This document shows positions 26,361-35,293 of a DNA stretch of 64,000 bases, piece by piece. The first letter of the stretch is position 1, and each line of letters starts with the position of its first letter. Location: the NCBI GenBank assembly GCA_001779925.1, contig MFEK01000016.1, forward strand, positions 78,504 through 142,503. The letters are read 5' to 3'. The notes under the pieces are model-generated. The model saw only the letters and a list, made by a program, of their open reading frames with translations. It had not been told where the DNA came from and did not search any database. This stretch comes from Candidatus Doudnabacteria bacterium RIFCSPHIGHO2_01_FULL_46_14. GTDB taxonomy: Bacteria > Patescibacteriota > Doudnabacteria > UBA920 > 2-01-FULL-46-14. The translations under genes and the position numbers were made by a program.

Positions 26361-26858
26361 TCATTCTACGCTTTGATCTTTCAATTTTGCATTATTAATA
26401 GCTAGTTTTTCCTCCTCAGTCAGATGATACTCGGATTTGCCGTTTGCAATGGATTTGCCATATATCCTCGTTCCTTCCCTGGCATGGAGTGAGCTTATTA
26501 CTATACCATTGTCATTCCCATCCAGTAAAGCGAGGGTAAAACTCATGTTGCCGCCTGCTTCCGCAAACGGATTGAATCGCACGAGCCCGGTTTTTTGAAC
26601 ATTAAATCGATTACTCTCCACCAACTCCTCGAGAATCTTGCCCAGCTCTTTGAGATTTTTGTTGTGAGTGGCCAGGGTTTTTTTATGCTTAAGCACGATC
26701 TCCTCGATTGACGGCACTTCTTCACCGGCTACCAGCTGGCTGTGCTGCATGCCGAAATCACGCAAACGCAAAAATAGCCAAATCAATAACAACACATTGA
26801 TTATTGATACTATTCCGACAGCCAAAATGAAGTATGGATTATTTAAAAAATCTATCAT
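26361..26858 (-). CDS. Membrane-anchored protein, possibly DUF4446-like
   Basis: N-terminal TM helix. C-terminal VRFNPFAEAGGNMSFTLALLDGNDNGIV is reminiscent of DUF4446. Confidence 0.4.
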   Translation of the reverse strand: MIDFLNNPYFILAVGIVSIINVLLLIWLFLRLRDFGMQHSQLVAGEEVPSIEEIVLKHKKTLATHNKNLKELGKILEELVESNRFNVQKTGLVRFNPFAEAGGNMSFTLALLDGNDNGIVISSLHAREGTRIYGKSIANGKSEYHLTEEEKLAINNAKLKDQSVE

Positions 26859-26893
26859 ATAATAACCGAGTCCTTAACCTTAATTTCCCTAAT

Positions 26894-27073
26894 TATACTC
26901 ACATGTCAGATAATACCCAAATAGATCCGGATTTTCAGAAAGATTACGACCACATCAGAGCTGATGTCAAAAAGGTCGTGATAAATAACATCCTGTTCGT
27001 GGGCTTGCTCGTGGCCATATATTTCGCCAATCAGCGATTCGGGTTTCTCAGCAGACTGGAGAATTTTTTTTAA
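26894..27073 (+). CDS. Small membrane protein, hypothetical
   Basis: ATG 26894. One TM helix. No clear SD. Confidence 0.3.
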   Translation, partial: YTHMSDNTQIDPDFQKDYDHIRADVKKVVINNILFVGLLVAIYFANQRFGFLSRLENFF

Positions 27074-27120
27074 TATGAAGCGCGGCATTTTTACCCCATA
27101 CTAAATTTTTGTGAATGCTT

Positions 27121-27194
27121 GGGGGTATAGTAAAGTGGTATTACGCAGCATTCGCATTGCTGAGGCTCGGGTTCGATTCCCGATACCTCCACCA
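27121..27194 (+). tRNA. tRNA-Ala(CGC)
   Basis: Acceptor GGGGGTA with G3:U70. D-stem GTAA/TTAC, anticodon stem CAGCA/TGCTG, loop TTCGCAT, CCA encoded. Confidence 0.8.
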
Positions 27195-27264
27195 CAAAAA
27201 TTTTAGTACCGGATCGCATTATAGAAATATCTACTATAAATCACTACCAAAAAAACGGCTGATA

Positions 27265-28128
27265 TTATCGCCGCTTTTTTCGTTTCTCCCAAGAAGTTTT
27301 TATCTCATTATGCCAACTGCGGTAGAGACTGGGATGAATAGGAAAACCGCCCGAGGCTGTGGCATTAAACTCGGCCACCAGACGGAGGACCTGCGTCCTG
27401 GTTACCACGCGGTCAGCAAGCGTCATCTCCATATCCGATTCAATCTCTACGATACCGTCAATGACTCTGTTGAGTTTGAATATCCAGTCCAAAAAATCAA
27501 AGATCAGAAGAGCGGGTAAAAGCAAAAAAACCAGCGACACAATCGCTGACGCTTCAATCTCATCATGACGTATAAATGACATGACGCTGACGACGATTCC
27601 GGCACTGATAATGGTGACCAAACCTAACCACATCAGACCGCGCAGTTTCATATACAATCTCTGCGCCCAAAAAGCAGATTCTGCTGTCAGCTCCAAAAGC
27701 CGCCTGGGCCCAGGAGAGGCTTTGGTATCCCAGTAATCTACCGGACGATTGCTATGCTTGAATTCATTTATCACTTTGGTTCCCGCTCGGGCTTTCCAAA
27801 TTGCAAACTGACGGCGATTCACATCCCAACCAAGGCCTTCGCTGAGTACAGATTGCCTCCTCATGGTTTCGGCCATATCAAAAGTGTCCTCGGAAACGAA
27901 ACGCAAATAGTACCCTAAAGTAAAACCGCTAAGCGCAAAAATTACCAAACCAAGCTTGATGGATGGATTCAGATGACCTTCGCTGAGCAGTACCATCATT
28001 GCCCCCATCACCATCTGAATCCCCACGCCCCACTGCCATTCACGTGCCGCTCGATTAAAAAGCAGCCCAGCCAAGTGGTTGAGCTCTTCGCCATGCTTGA
28101 TATTCTCAATAATATCCGGCTTCAACAT
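27265..28128 (-). CDS. Four-TM membrane protein, hypothetical
   Basis: Two TM hairpins, at residues ~30-75 and ~176-227, separated by a ~100 aa soluble loop and followed by a charged tail. Confidence 0.5.
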   Translation of the reverse strand: MLKPDIIENIKHGEELNHLAGLLFNRAAREWQWGVGIQMVMGAMMVLLSEGHLNPSIKLGLVIFALSGFTLGYYLRFVSEDTFDMAETMRRQSVLSEGLGWDVNRRQFAIWKARAGTKVINEFKHSNRPVDYWDTKASPGPRRLLELTAESAFWAQRLYMKLRGLMWLGLVTIISAGIVVSVMSFIRHDEIEASAIVSLVFLLLPALLIFDFLDWIFKLNRVIDGIVEIESDMEMTLADRVVTRTQVLRLVAEFNATASGGFPIHPSLYRSWHNEIKTSWEKRKKRR

Positions 28129-28306
28129 AGTGATTTCATCATAACATAAATTGAAAATGCCTTCGAAAGCGCCTGTTCCCTACTCGACGAAGGAATCTTC
28201 GGGGTGATTCCTCTCGGGTCCGCTTAAATAATTTTGTACAATTAGAAATGCTCCGGTCCATACTTGGGATCGGAGCATTTTCTTTTCACGTCAGCTCGAT
28301 AGCAAG

Positions 28307-29116
28307 CTATTGAGAGAACGCGAAATTCACAGTAATGGTGGTCACAACCGGCACCGGCTCGCCATTGAGCAGAGTTGGTTCGTAACACCACTGTTTGACT
28401 GCGTCGAGCGCAGCTTGGACGAGCAGTGGATGTCCTGTCAGCACTTTCAGTTTTTCAATCTTGCCGGCAGTGCTGATCTCAGCCTCCAAAACTACCACTC
28501 CTTGAACGCGCGCTTGTCTGGCGAGAGCTGGATATACAGGCGTAACTTTACATTTCAAATTAGCAGCCTGGACATTGCCCCCAACACGGACGCGCTCAGG
28601 AGTTTTTGGCGCTGGTGGGGGTGGAGGAGGCGGTAGAGGCGCGGCTTCTGGCGTGTCGCCGCTCGGGAATGGAAATCTTGCCCGATCAGAACCACCACCT
28701 GGAATCCCTCCCGGAACTCCGCCTGTCACACCCGTATTATCCTTGGGAGGTTCCGGAACAAAAAGATCAGGTCCTGGAATGTCCCTTGGAATAGACGGCG
28801 GTGCGGTAAATCTATCGTCTACTTTCGTCTCTGTTTCTCTGGGTTTCTCCTTTTCTTTCGTAAACACTTCAACATCAGGTGTTTTCTTTTTTTCCGGCGG
28901 CGGAGCAAACAGCTTATCAGCGAGCACGACTGCCGGAGTGTTGGTGATGAAAAGCGGCACTAGGATTAGCAATGCTACGACCAGCACTTGCGCTGCTGTC
29001 GAAAGAATCATGGCCAAACCAAACCGCTTGCGGTTTTTACCGTTGAGTTGTGAATTTTCGAACATTTTCCCTCCTACGAGGTGGGAAAGTTGCAGGTGCC
29101 CGTTTGCACAGTACAC
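28307..29116 (-). CDS. TonB C-terminal-domain protein (TM anchor, Pro-rich spacer, then a TonB_C-like domain)
   Basis: N-terminal TM helix, PPPPPPAP linker, then a C-terminal VTPVYPALARQARVQGVVVLEAEISTAGKIEKLKVLTGHPLLVQAALDAVKQWCYEP. Confidence 0.6.
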   Translation of the reverse strand: MYCANGHLQLSHLVGGKMFENSQLNGKNRKRFGLAMILSTAAQVLVVALLILVPLFITNTPAVVLADKLFAPPPEKKKTPDVEVFTKEKEKPRETETKVDDRFTAPPSIPRDIPGPDLFVPEPPKDNTGVTGGVPGGIPGGGSDRARFPFPSGDTPEAAPLPPPPPPPAPKTPERVRVGGNVQAANLKCKVTPVYPALARQARVQGVVVLEAEISTAGKIEKLKVLTGHPLLVQAALDAVKQWCYEPTLLNGEPVPVVTTITVNFAFSQ

Positions 29117-29234
29117 GTCTCGAGAGCTCTCGGCTCCCCGGCAATTTCAGCCAAAGTAGGACCGACTATGCACGTCTCCTGCAGTTACACTTAATATCAT
29201 TGTAGACCTGTCATTTAAAACGTCAAGAAAAAAT

Positions 29235-29270
29235 AACCCATAGGCTTCACGATCGTGAAGCCTATGGGTT
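29235..29270. repeat. TTCACGATCGTGAA-core perfect 36 bp palindrome
   Basis: aacccataggcttcacgatcgtgaagcctatgggtt. Confidence 0.65.
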
Positions 29271-29349
29271 ATCGGATTTGAATACAAAAAACACAAGCCG
29301 CTGGACATCCATTTCTGGACGCCAGCGGCTAAGTTATCCATGCGAGCCC

Positions 29350-29577
29350 CTACCTCTTATTCTCGGTTCTCGCGAGAAGTAAACTGCGCAGTCGCCTCTC
29401 TTCCTTGGCCGGCTTTCGCAAAAAGAAAGCCTCAGCCTCGCGAATGGCTTGCACTTCTCGCGCACAACTCACGCACTGTCGCACATGTTGAGCCATGCGT
29501 GTGTGCTGATGGCCAAATGTCACCGCCTTCGCAAAAAAAACCTGCAGCCTTCTGAAGTCCCTGCAATTTTCAATCAT
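29350..29577 (-). CDS. Small protein with a zf-HC2-like (anti-sigma zinc-finger) motif
   Basis: C-x...H-x3-C-x2-C pattern (MIENCRDF...QHVRQCVSC). SD ggagga. Confidence 0.4.
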   Translation of the reverse strand: MIENCRDFRRLQVFFAKAVTFGHQHTRMAQHVRQCVSCAREVQAIREAEAFFLRKPAKEERRLRSLLLARTENKR

Positions 29578-29589
29578 TGGCTTCCTCCT

Positions 29590-30141
29590 TCAACGCACTG
29601 CGGCAAGTTGCTGACCGACGACCGGTGCAGGCTTTGATTTTTGCCACCGCGGAGGTGGCGTATCCGGACTCCAGAAACCCATGATTCCTCCAGATCGAGG
29701 CTGGTATTGTTGGTCAACTACACGCACTCCTTTTATAGTTTCCAATGGACGGCGAAAGTGCGAGCCAGAGATCACAACCGGTTTGGATGAAAGGGGGATT
29801 TCGAAAATGATCGTAACATTTCCTGAGCTTTGACTGTACCAATTTACAAAGCCCAGTTTCTTGAACTGTGAATCCTGACCGATCATCTTCCATTCTTCAG
29901 CGGTAAAAGTGATTTGTAAGCGCGGCGGATTGGTGTAGTTTTGCTCTCCGAATTCATAGAAGTATCGGTAACCGTCAGTAGTCCGTTCGGCTCTGGTGCT
30001 CATCACGATACGTTCGCCCTTCGGATCACAATCTCCAAACAAAGCGCCAAGCTGTATTCCCAGGATTGATTTTGGGATTGGTGCAAAAGCCAGCCCAACC
30101 GCCACGCAAATCAAAACTGCCAAGACAAGTTTTTGTATCAT
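29590..30141 (-). CDS. Secreted/lipoprotein-like hypothetical protein
   Basis: Signal peptide MIQKLVLAVLICVAVGLAFA. Confidence 0.5.
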   Translation of the reverse strand: MIQKLVLAVLICVAVGLAFAPIPKSILGIQLGALFGDCDPKGERIVMSTRAERTTDGYRYFYEFGEQNYTNPPRLQITFTAEEWKMIGQDSQFKKLGFVNWYSQSSGNVTIIFEIPLSSKPVVISGSHFRRPLETIKGVRVVDQQYQPRSGGIMGFWSPDTPPPRWQKSKPAPVVGQQLAAVR

Positions 30142-30180
30142 ATTCTCCTCCGAGAAGTTCGAAATTTGCCTAGACTAATT

Positions 30181-31968
30181 TTACTCTGAAACCAGCATCC
30201 CTGCCACTATCCAAAACAGCAGACTCCCCTGCTGAAGCGACAAAAAATAGTGGTCGAAAAAGCCGAGGAACAGGAAACCTGCGAATGCAGTGAGCAGAAT
30301 TAACTTCTCCTGTCCCCCGCCTGCCATCCGGCTTGAGCCGTCAGGCGATTGGCGGGCAGGCCTATCCCCCCAGCCTCTTTTAAGAATTCCGTAAAGCACC
30401 CATAGAAATGCTCCGAGCCCGAGAATCCCAGTTTCGGCAAGAAGCAGTAAATAAATATTATGGGCAGGCTGGTGTAGATGCGGCAGGAGTTTGCCATCCA
30501 TAAAAGCGCGCGGATATTTTTCAGCCATCCCGTTATCCGACGGGATCTGCGCTAATGCTACGACAAAATTGCGCAAACCCACCCCGAAAACCGGATTGTC
30601 TTTGATCTCCCTCCAAGCGGCAGAATCAAAAAGCTGGCGATCGCGAATGCTTTCGTCCAAGACCTCCCCCATCCTCGCTCCTTCCCGAGGAGGGGGGTAA
30701 ATACGGTCTTTAATTTGTTTACCAAATAGAAACCAATTGGTACTGAAAGCAATCAATAGTAATAAAATGATAACTAATAACCGGCCGGGGAGATAAAACT
30801 GATTTCCTGTTTCACGCTGAGCTGTTTCCATCCGCGCAAACACTCTGTTTCGGTGAAACCGGCTTAGAATAAACAAAATAACTAGCGCCAAAACAGTTAC
30901 CAGCCAAACTGTTCGAGAAAAGGTCAGGGTCAGGCCAGTGGAGATGAGGATGAGGGAAAGGGCAAGAAATATTTCACGCGAAATACTTTTCACCCTCTCC
31001 CGACCCCTACCCTCCCAGCCTCCGCCCGAGGCTTCGGCGGACACAGCAAGGGAGGGGAATTCCTCCCCCTTGAGGGGGGAGGATACAGGTGGGGGTGTAG
31101 TTTGCCGAGATTTAGCATAGATAAGCGAAATACTGGCAAGCAATCCAACAAAAAGGAAGGCTCCGAGCAAATTTGGATGAGGAAACGTGCCATATGGCCG
31201 AATTATAGGAATAAAATCCTTACCACCCGCCATTATTTCATCGAAACGAAGATATTTCACAGAAATAAGGCTGTGAGTATAAAATTCCGCGATTCCCTTC
31301 ATACCTGATGTAAAAAACGTTTCACCGAAATGTTGAAATCCGAGAGAATGTTGATCAAAGTACTGAAGAATGCCGATTACCGACTGAATAACCGCTCCCG
31401 TCACAATTAGCCAAAGTGTGGTCCGTATTTCTGTGAAACGTATATTTTGTTTCATGTAGAGAAAAACCAACAAAAATTCCGATATTTTCACAAAACCGTA
31501 GAAACTAAGCAACGGTTTCTGTGAAATGGTAATAGAAATGCCTAAGATAAGCCAAAAAACCATTGTGGATTTAATGAGGACATCTTGTGAAATACTGGTG
31601 TATATCTTGTGGAATAACCCCTCACAACCTCCCCTTACCTTAAGGGGAGGAGTCATCGTTGGTTTTTCCTCCCCCTTGAAATAAGGGGGATTGCCCGCCT
31701 CGCCGAGACGAGTCGAGGTCGGGAGGGGGTCATGTTTCTGTGAAACACAAATTTCATACAACCAGCTCAATATCAGAACACAAATCAATATATCTGTCAA
31801 GTATATAAAAATTGTGTGGTAAAAAATATGATAACCAAAGAAAAAACTCGTTTCTGTGAAATACGCACGGTTGATGTTAAAGGGCAAAAGTAGAACCAAA
31901 GCATAAAAAAACAGCTTGGAAAGAGGAACACTTCTTATTATTTGGTATACGCTCTTACCTTGAGGCAT
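30181..31968 (-). CDS. O-antigen ligase (Wzy_C) family membrane protein carrying three in-frame GC-rich palindromic insertions
   Basis: Wzy_C motif HLHQPAHNIYLLLLAETGILG. Polytopic. Intact 595 aa ORF despite inserts at about 30666-30699, 31001-31097 and 31620-31725. Confidence 0.65.
   Translation of the reverse strand: MPQGKSVYQIIRSVPLSKLFFYALVLLLPFNINRAYFTETSFFFGYHIFYHTIFIYLTDILICVLILSWLYEICVSQKHDPLPTSTRLGEAGNPPYFKGEEKPTMTPPLKVRGGCEGLFHKIYTSISQDVLIKSTMVFWLILGISITISQKPLLSFYGFVKISEFLLVFLYMKQNIRFTEIRTTLWLIVTGAVIQSVIGILQYFDQHSLGFQHFGETFFTSGMKGIAEFYTHSLISVKYLRFDEIMAGGKDFIPIIRPYGTFPHPNLLGAFLFVGLLASISLIYAKSRQTTPPPVSSPLKGEEFPSLAVSAEASGGGWEGRGRERVKSISREIFLALSLILISTGLTLTFSRTVWLVTVLALVILFILSRFHRNRVFARMETAQRETGNQFYLPGRLLVIILLLLIAFSTNWFLFGKQIKDRIYPPPREGARMGEVLDESIRDRQLFDSAAWREIKDNPVFGVGLRNFVVALAQIPSDNGMAEKYPRAFMDGKLLPHLHQPAHNIYLLLLAETGILGLGAFLWVLYGILKRGWGDRPARQSPDGSSRMAGGGQEKLILLTAFAGFLFLGFFDHYFLSLQQGSLLFWIVAGMLVSE
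30666..30699. repeat. GC-rich palindrome inside a CDS
   Basis: cccccatcctcgctccttcccgaggagggggg. Confidence 0.5.
31001..31097. repeat. Composite GC-rich element (family B1) inside a CDS
   Basis: ccgcccgaggcttcggcgg ... gaattcctcccccttgaggggggaggatacaggtgggggtg. Shares its ends with 58697-58795. Confidence 0.65.
31620..31725. repeat. Cluster of GC-rich hairpins inside a CDS
   Basis: cctccccttaccttaaggggagg; cccccttgaaataaggggg; cgggaggggg. Confidence 0.55.
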
Positions 31969-31982
31969 GATATAATATTTCT

Positions 31983-32657
31983 ATGGGGCTTCCAAAAAAC
32001 AAAGTTAAAATCGGGTGGTCGCCAGAATTTGCATATGCTATTGGGCTCCTAGTAACAGACGGTAGTTTATCAAAAGATGGCCGGCACATTAACTTTACCT
32101 CGAAAGACTTAGATCTCATAGAGACTTTCAAAAAATGCCTGCATTTGGAGAACAAGGTCGGAACAAAAACTGGTTATAGAAGAATAAAAAATATTTTTCA
32201 AATACAATTTGGTGATGTAAATTTCTATCGGTTTTTACTCTCAATAGGATTGATGCCGAATAAAACCAAAATCCTTAAGAAAATAGCCATCCCCGAGGAA
32301 TACTTCTTTGATTTTTTGAGAGGACATTTTGATGGGGATGGATCATTTAATTCCTACTGGGACCCACGATGGAAATCCAGTTTTATGTTTTATATGAACT
32401 TTGTTTCCGCCAGTGAAAATCATATAAAGTGGCTTAGAAATCGCATTTTTGAAACACTGCAAATACGCGGCCATGTCAGCAAAGCTCGACTCAGCAGTTG
32501 CTATCAGTTAAGGTACGCAAAAAAAGAATCATTAAAATTGCTGGATAAGCTCTACTATAGAAAAGTTGTCTGTTTGCATCGAAAATACTTGAAAATTCGT
32601 GATGCTTTATTTATAATTAGCAAGCTTCTAAAAAAGAGCAATGCCCGGGTGGTGTAA
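31983..32657 (+). CDS. Single-chain (double-motif) LAGLIDADG homing endonuclease
   Basis: Two LAGLIDADG-like motifs, LLVTDGSLSKDG and LRGHFDGDGSF. TATAAT sits 6 nt before the ATG. The 3' end overlaps the first ~15 nt of tRNA-Leu. Confidence 0.7.
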   Translation: MGLPKNKVKIGWSPEFAYAIGLLVTDGSLSKDGRHINFTSKDLDLIETFKKCLHLENKVGTKTGYRRIKNIFQIQFGDVNFYRFLLSIGLMPNKTKILKKIAIPEEYFFDFLRGHFDGDGSFNSYWDPRWKSSFMFYMNFVSASENHIKWLRNRIFETLQIRGHVSKARLSSCYQLRYAKKESLKLLDKLYYRKVVCLHRKYLKIRDALFIISKLLKKSNARVV

Positions 32658-32728
32658 TGGTAAACACGCTGGCTTGAGGTGCCAGTGGGGGAAACCCTGT
32701 GGAGGTTCAAGTCCTCTCCCGGGCACCA
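32643..32728 (+). tRNA. tRNA-Leu(GAG)
   Basis: Acceptor GCCCGGG/CCCGGGC, anticodon loop TTGAGGT, long variable arm, CCA encoded. Length 86 nt. Confidence 0.8.
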
Positions 32729-32730
32729 AA

Positions 32731-32805
32731 GCGCACTTAACTCAGTGGTAGAGTACTTCCTTTACACGGAAGGAGTCGGGGGTTCGAATCCCTCAGTGCG
32801 CACCA
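32731..32805 (+). tRNA. tRNA-Val(UAC)
   Basis: Acceptor GCGCACT/AGTGCGC, anticodon stem CTTCC/GGAAG, loop TTTACAC, CCA encoded. Confidence 0.8.
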
Positions 32806-33066
32806 AATACTGCCAAAAAATGGCGGTTTTTTGTTGCTCGCAAAAAAATGCTGTTTTTGGCTAACTTTAGCCTAATTTATAAATAAAAATGGCTTAAATA
32901 AGCCATTTTTTCGCACAAAGCCCTTGATCAGATTGCTATTTTGTGCTAACATATACGGTTGCGTGCCCTATCCCTAACAGGGTAGGGTAGGCAACACCTA
33001 AATCGCACCTATGCCACCCCGCCTTCAAGCGGGATTAACTTTAAGAAAGGAGTTCTTTAATAAAGC

Positions 33067-33639
33067 ATGAATGCTACTAAATTTACCCTGATCGGCGTGC
33101 TCGTGTTGAGCTTTGCTCCACATGCGGCTTTCGCCCAATCTGTACCGGCTTATGAGCCATTCGTGTTTGAAATAAAAAATTCCCAAAATGTAAAAATCGC
33201 TCTTTCTGACCTGGATAATATAATTTTCGGCGATGAGCTTGCCAGAGAGAACATGGAGCATGAGCCGAAGGTTGATCCTCGCGCAGCGCCCTTAAGAGAA
33301 TATTTGAAAAGTAAAAATTCTCCGATGGCTGAACATGCTGAGGAGCTTCTCAAACACTATCACTACCGCTTGATTATTGGTATCTCTTTTGCGGAAAGTA
33401 ATTTCTGCAAACGAAACATCCGCCCCCACAACTGCTGGGGCATTGGCGGCGGGAAACCCGAGGTCTACACAGACTATGCGGCCGCTTTTGAAAGAGCGAA
33501 CGCGCTCATTCAAAAGTATCACGACGGCGGCCTGACCACTCCGAAACTCATGCGCAATCGCTGGGTCGGCTGGCAGAACAACAGCTGGATCGTGGCTGTA
33601 AACCAGGTTACCAAAGATTTGGAAACCAGAGGAATATGA
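33067..33639 (+). CDS. Secreted hypothetical protein
   Basis: Signal peptide. SD aaaggag. Confidence 0.5.
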   Translation: MNATKFTLIGVLVLSFAPHAAFAQSVPAYEPFVFEIKNSQNVKIALSDLDNIIFGDELARENMEHEPKVDPRAAPLREYLKSKNSPMAEHAEELLKHYHYRLIIGISFAESNFCKRNIRPHNCWGIGGGKPEVYTDYAAAFERANALIQKYHDGGLTTPKLMRNRWVGWQNNSWIVAVNQVTKDLETRGI

Positions 33640-33705
33640 CAAAAAGCTCTTCGAGAAATCGAAGAGCTTTTTGAACTTATAACAGATAACTGATAACGTA
33701 TAACC

Positions 33706-34842
33706 ATGCAGATTGAATACGACATTGAAAAAGACAAATGGAATCAGTTCGTCGCGGACAACTCCAGCCCGGCTTCTTTCCTTCAATCCTGGCAGTGGGG
33801 CGAGTTTCAAAAATCTTTGGGATTGAAAATTCACCGGCTTGGAGTTGCAGGGGAGTCAGGTGAGTTGATTGCGGTTGCGCAAGCAATTGTCCGGCCCCTA
33901 CATCTAGGGAAAACATATTTGGAAATAACAAAAGGACCGGTCGCAAAGCGACTGGCGACTGGCTATTTGCAATTAGACTTGATAATTGAGGAGCTAAAGA
34001 GGATTGGTGAAAAAGAAAAATCCATAATGATTAGAATTAATCCCCCCTATGAAGATTTAAAACTATTCGCTAATCGCTATTCGCTAATCGCCCCCGCAAT
34101 TCTCTTGCGGCAAACCGAACCCAACGACACTGTCCTTGTTGACCTCACTAAATCCGAAGACGAATTGCTCTCGAGCATGCATGAAAAATCCCGATACAAT
34201 ATCCGACTGGCTATAAAAAAAGGCGTAAGGGTTGCGGAAAAAACGACGGACCGGTCGGCTTTTGATAAATTTTTAGAATTGATTGAAGAAACTGCCAAAC
34301 GCGATGGCATCACAGTCTGGCCGCGGGAAAGATTTGAAAAATTTCGGCAGCAGTTCATGATTCATAACTCACCCCAACCCTCCCTTACCTTAAGGGAGGG
34401 AGTTCCCCCTCTTAATTTAAGAGAGGGCGGGGGTGAGTTATTGAATTCCGATCAACCTCGCGCCATCCTCCTCACAGGCTCGTTTGAAGGCAAAATTTTG
34501 GCGGCTGCCATTGTCATGCTGTTCGGCGACAGCGGGACTTATCTGTATGCCGCGTCATCTGCAGAACAAAGAAATGCTAATGTTCCCAGCCTTGTACTAT
34601 GGGAAGCGATTCGCGCCGCAAAAATGGCTGGCAAAAAAAATTATGATATGTGGGGTATTGCGCCAGCCGGCAGTGATGAATCCCATTCCTGGGCTGGCAT
34701 CACGAGATTTAAAACCCGCTACATCAAGGCGGGGGAGACAGGGATGGAGAAACACTACACCGGTACATGGGATTTGATTTTAGATAAAACTTATCACAAT
34801 GTCTTCAAACTCGGAAAAATTTTAAAAAAAATTATAAAATAA
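33706..34842 (+). CDS. FemAB-family peptidyl/aminoacyl transferase (peptidoglycan bridge formation-like) with an in-frame repeat insertion
   Basis: FemAB N-terminal pattern KWNQFV...SFLQSWQWGEFQ. A GC-rich element at 34371-34440 encodes NSPQPSLTLREGVPPLNLREGGGEL. Confidence 0.55.
   Translation: MQIEYDIEKDKWNQFVADNSSPASFLQSWQWGEFQKSLGLKIHRLGVAGESGELIAVAQAIVRPLHLGKTYLEITKGPVAKRLATGYLQLDLIIEELKRIGEKEKSIMIRINPPYEDLKLFANRYSLIAPAILLRQTEPNDTVLVDLTKSEDELLSSMHEKSRYNIRLAIKKGVRVAEKTTDRSAFDKFLELIEETAKRDGITVWPRERFEKFRQQFMIHNSPQPSLTLREGVPPLNLREGGGELLNSDQPRAILLTGSFEGKILAAAIVMLFGDSGTYLYAASSAEQRNANVPSLVLWEAIRAAKMAGKKNYDMWGIAPAGSDESHSWAGITRFKTRYIKAGETGMEKHYTGTWDLILDKTYHNVFKLGKILKKIIK
34371..34440. repeat. GC-rich hairpin element inside a CDS
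   Basis: accccaaccctcccttaccttaagggagggag ... ccccctcttaatttaagagagggcggggg. Confidence 0.6.
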
Positions 34843-34899
34843 AAATACGGTCTGACGCACGCCATTGTGCGCCAAACCGTAAAATCCTACAGAGGGGAG

Positions 34900-35232
34900 T
34901 CATTCTGCTGCCACCTCCTCAAAAATCACTGCCTCAACCATAGCCCCAAGCGGCGGTATGATCATCTTACCGTTTTTGATTAAATCCCCGAAAGGACCGC
35001 CTGAAACAGGAAAGGCTGCCGCAAATTTTCCCCAGAGTATCACCGCCGCATAGCCTGACTCGCCTGGAAATTGAATTCGCCCTTTTGCAAGGTTGTAGAA
35101 TTCGATCTGTTTGGTGACAATCCGCAGGCATCTGCCTTCCTTATTCAAAATTACATCCCCGACATTTAGGTCGGATTGCCGCACGGTTTCTTGTTTCCCA
35201 TTAACAATCCGGACCACAGTATTCTCGCTCAT
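34900..35232 (-). CDS. Hypothetical protein (110 aa)
   Basis: ORF with coding-like composition. Sits downstream of the anti-sigma-like gene. Confidence 0.4.
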   Translation of the reverse strand: MSENTVVRIVNGKQETVRQSDLNVGDVILNKEGRCLRIVTKQIEFYNLAKGRIQFPGESGYAAVILWGKFAAAFPVSGGPFGDLIKNGKMIIPPLGAMVEAVIFEEVAAE

Positions 35233-35293
35233 AGTGCCTCCTTATGAACGTCATATTAGCATTAAACAACCTCGCTGTTAACCCCGCGCTATC

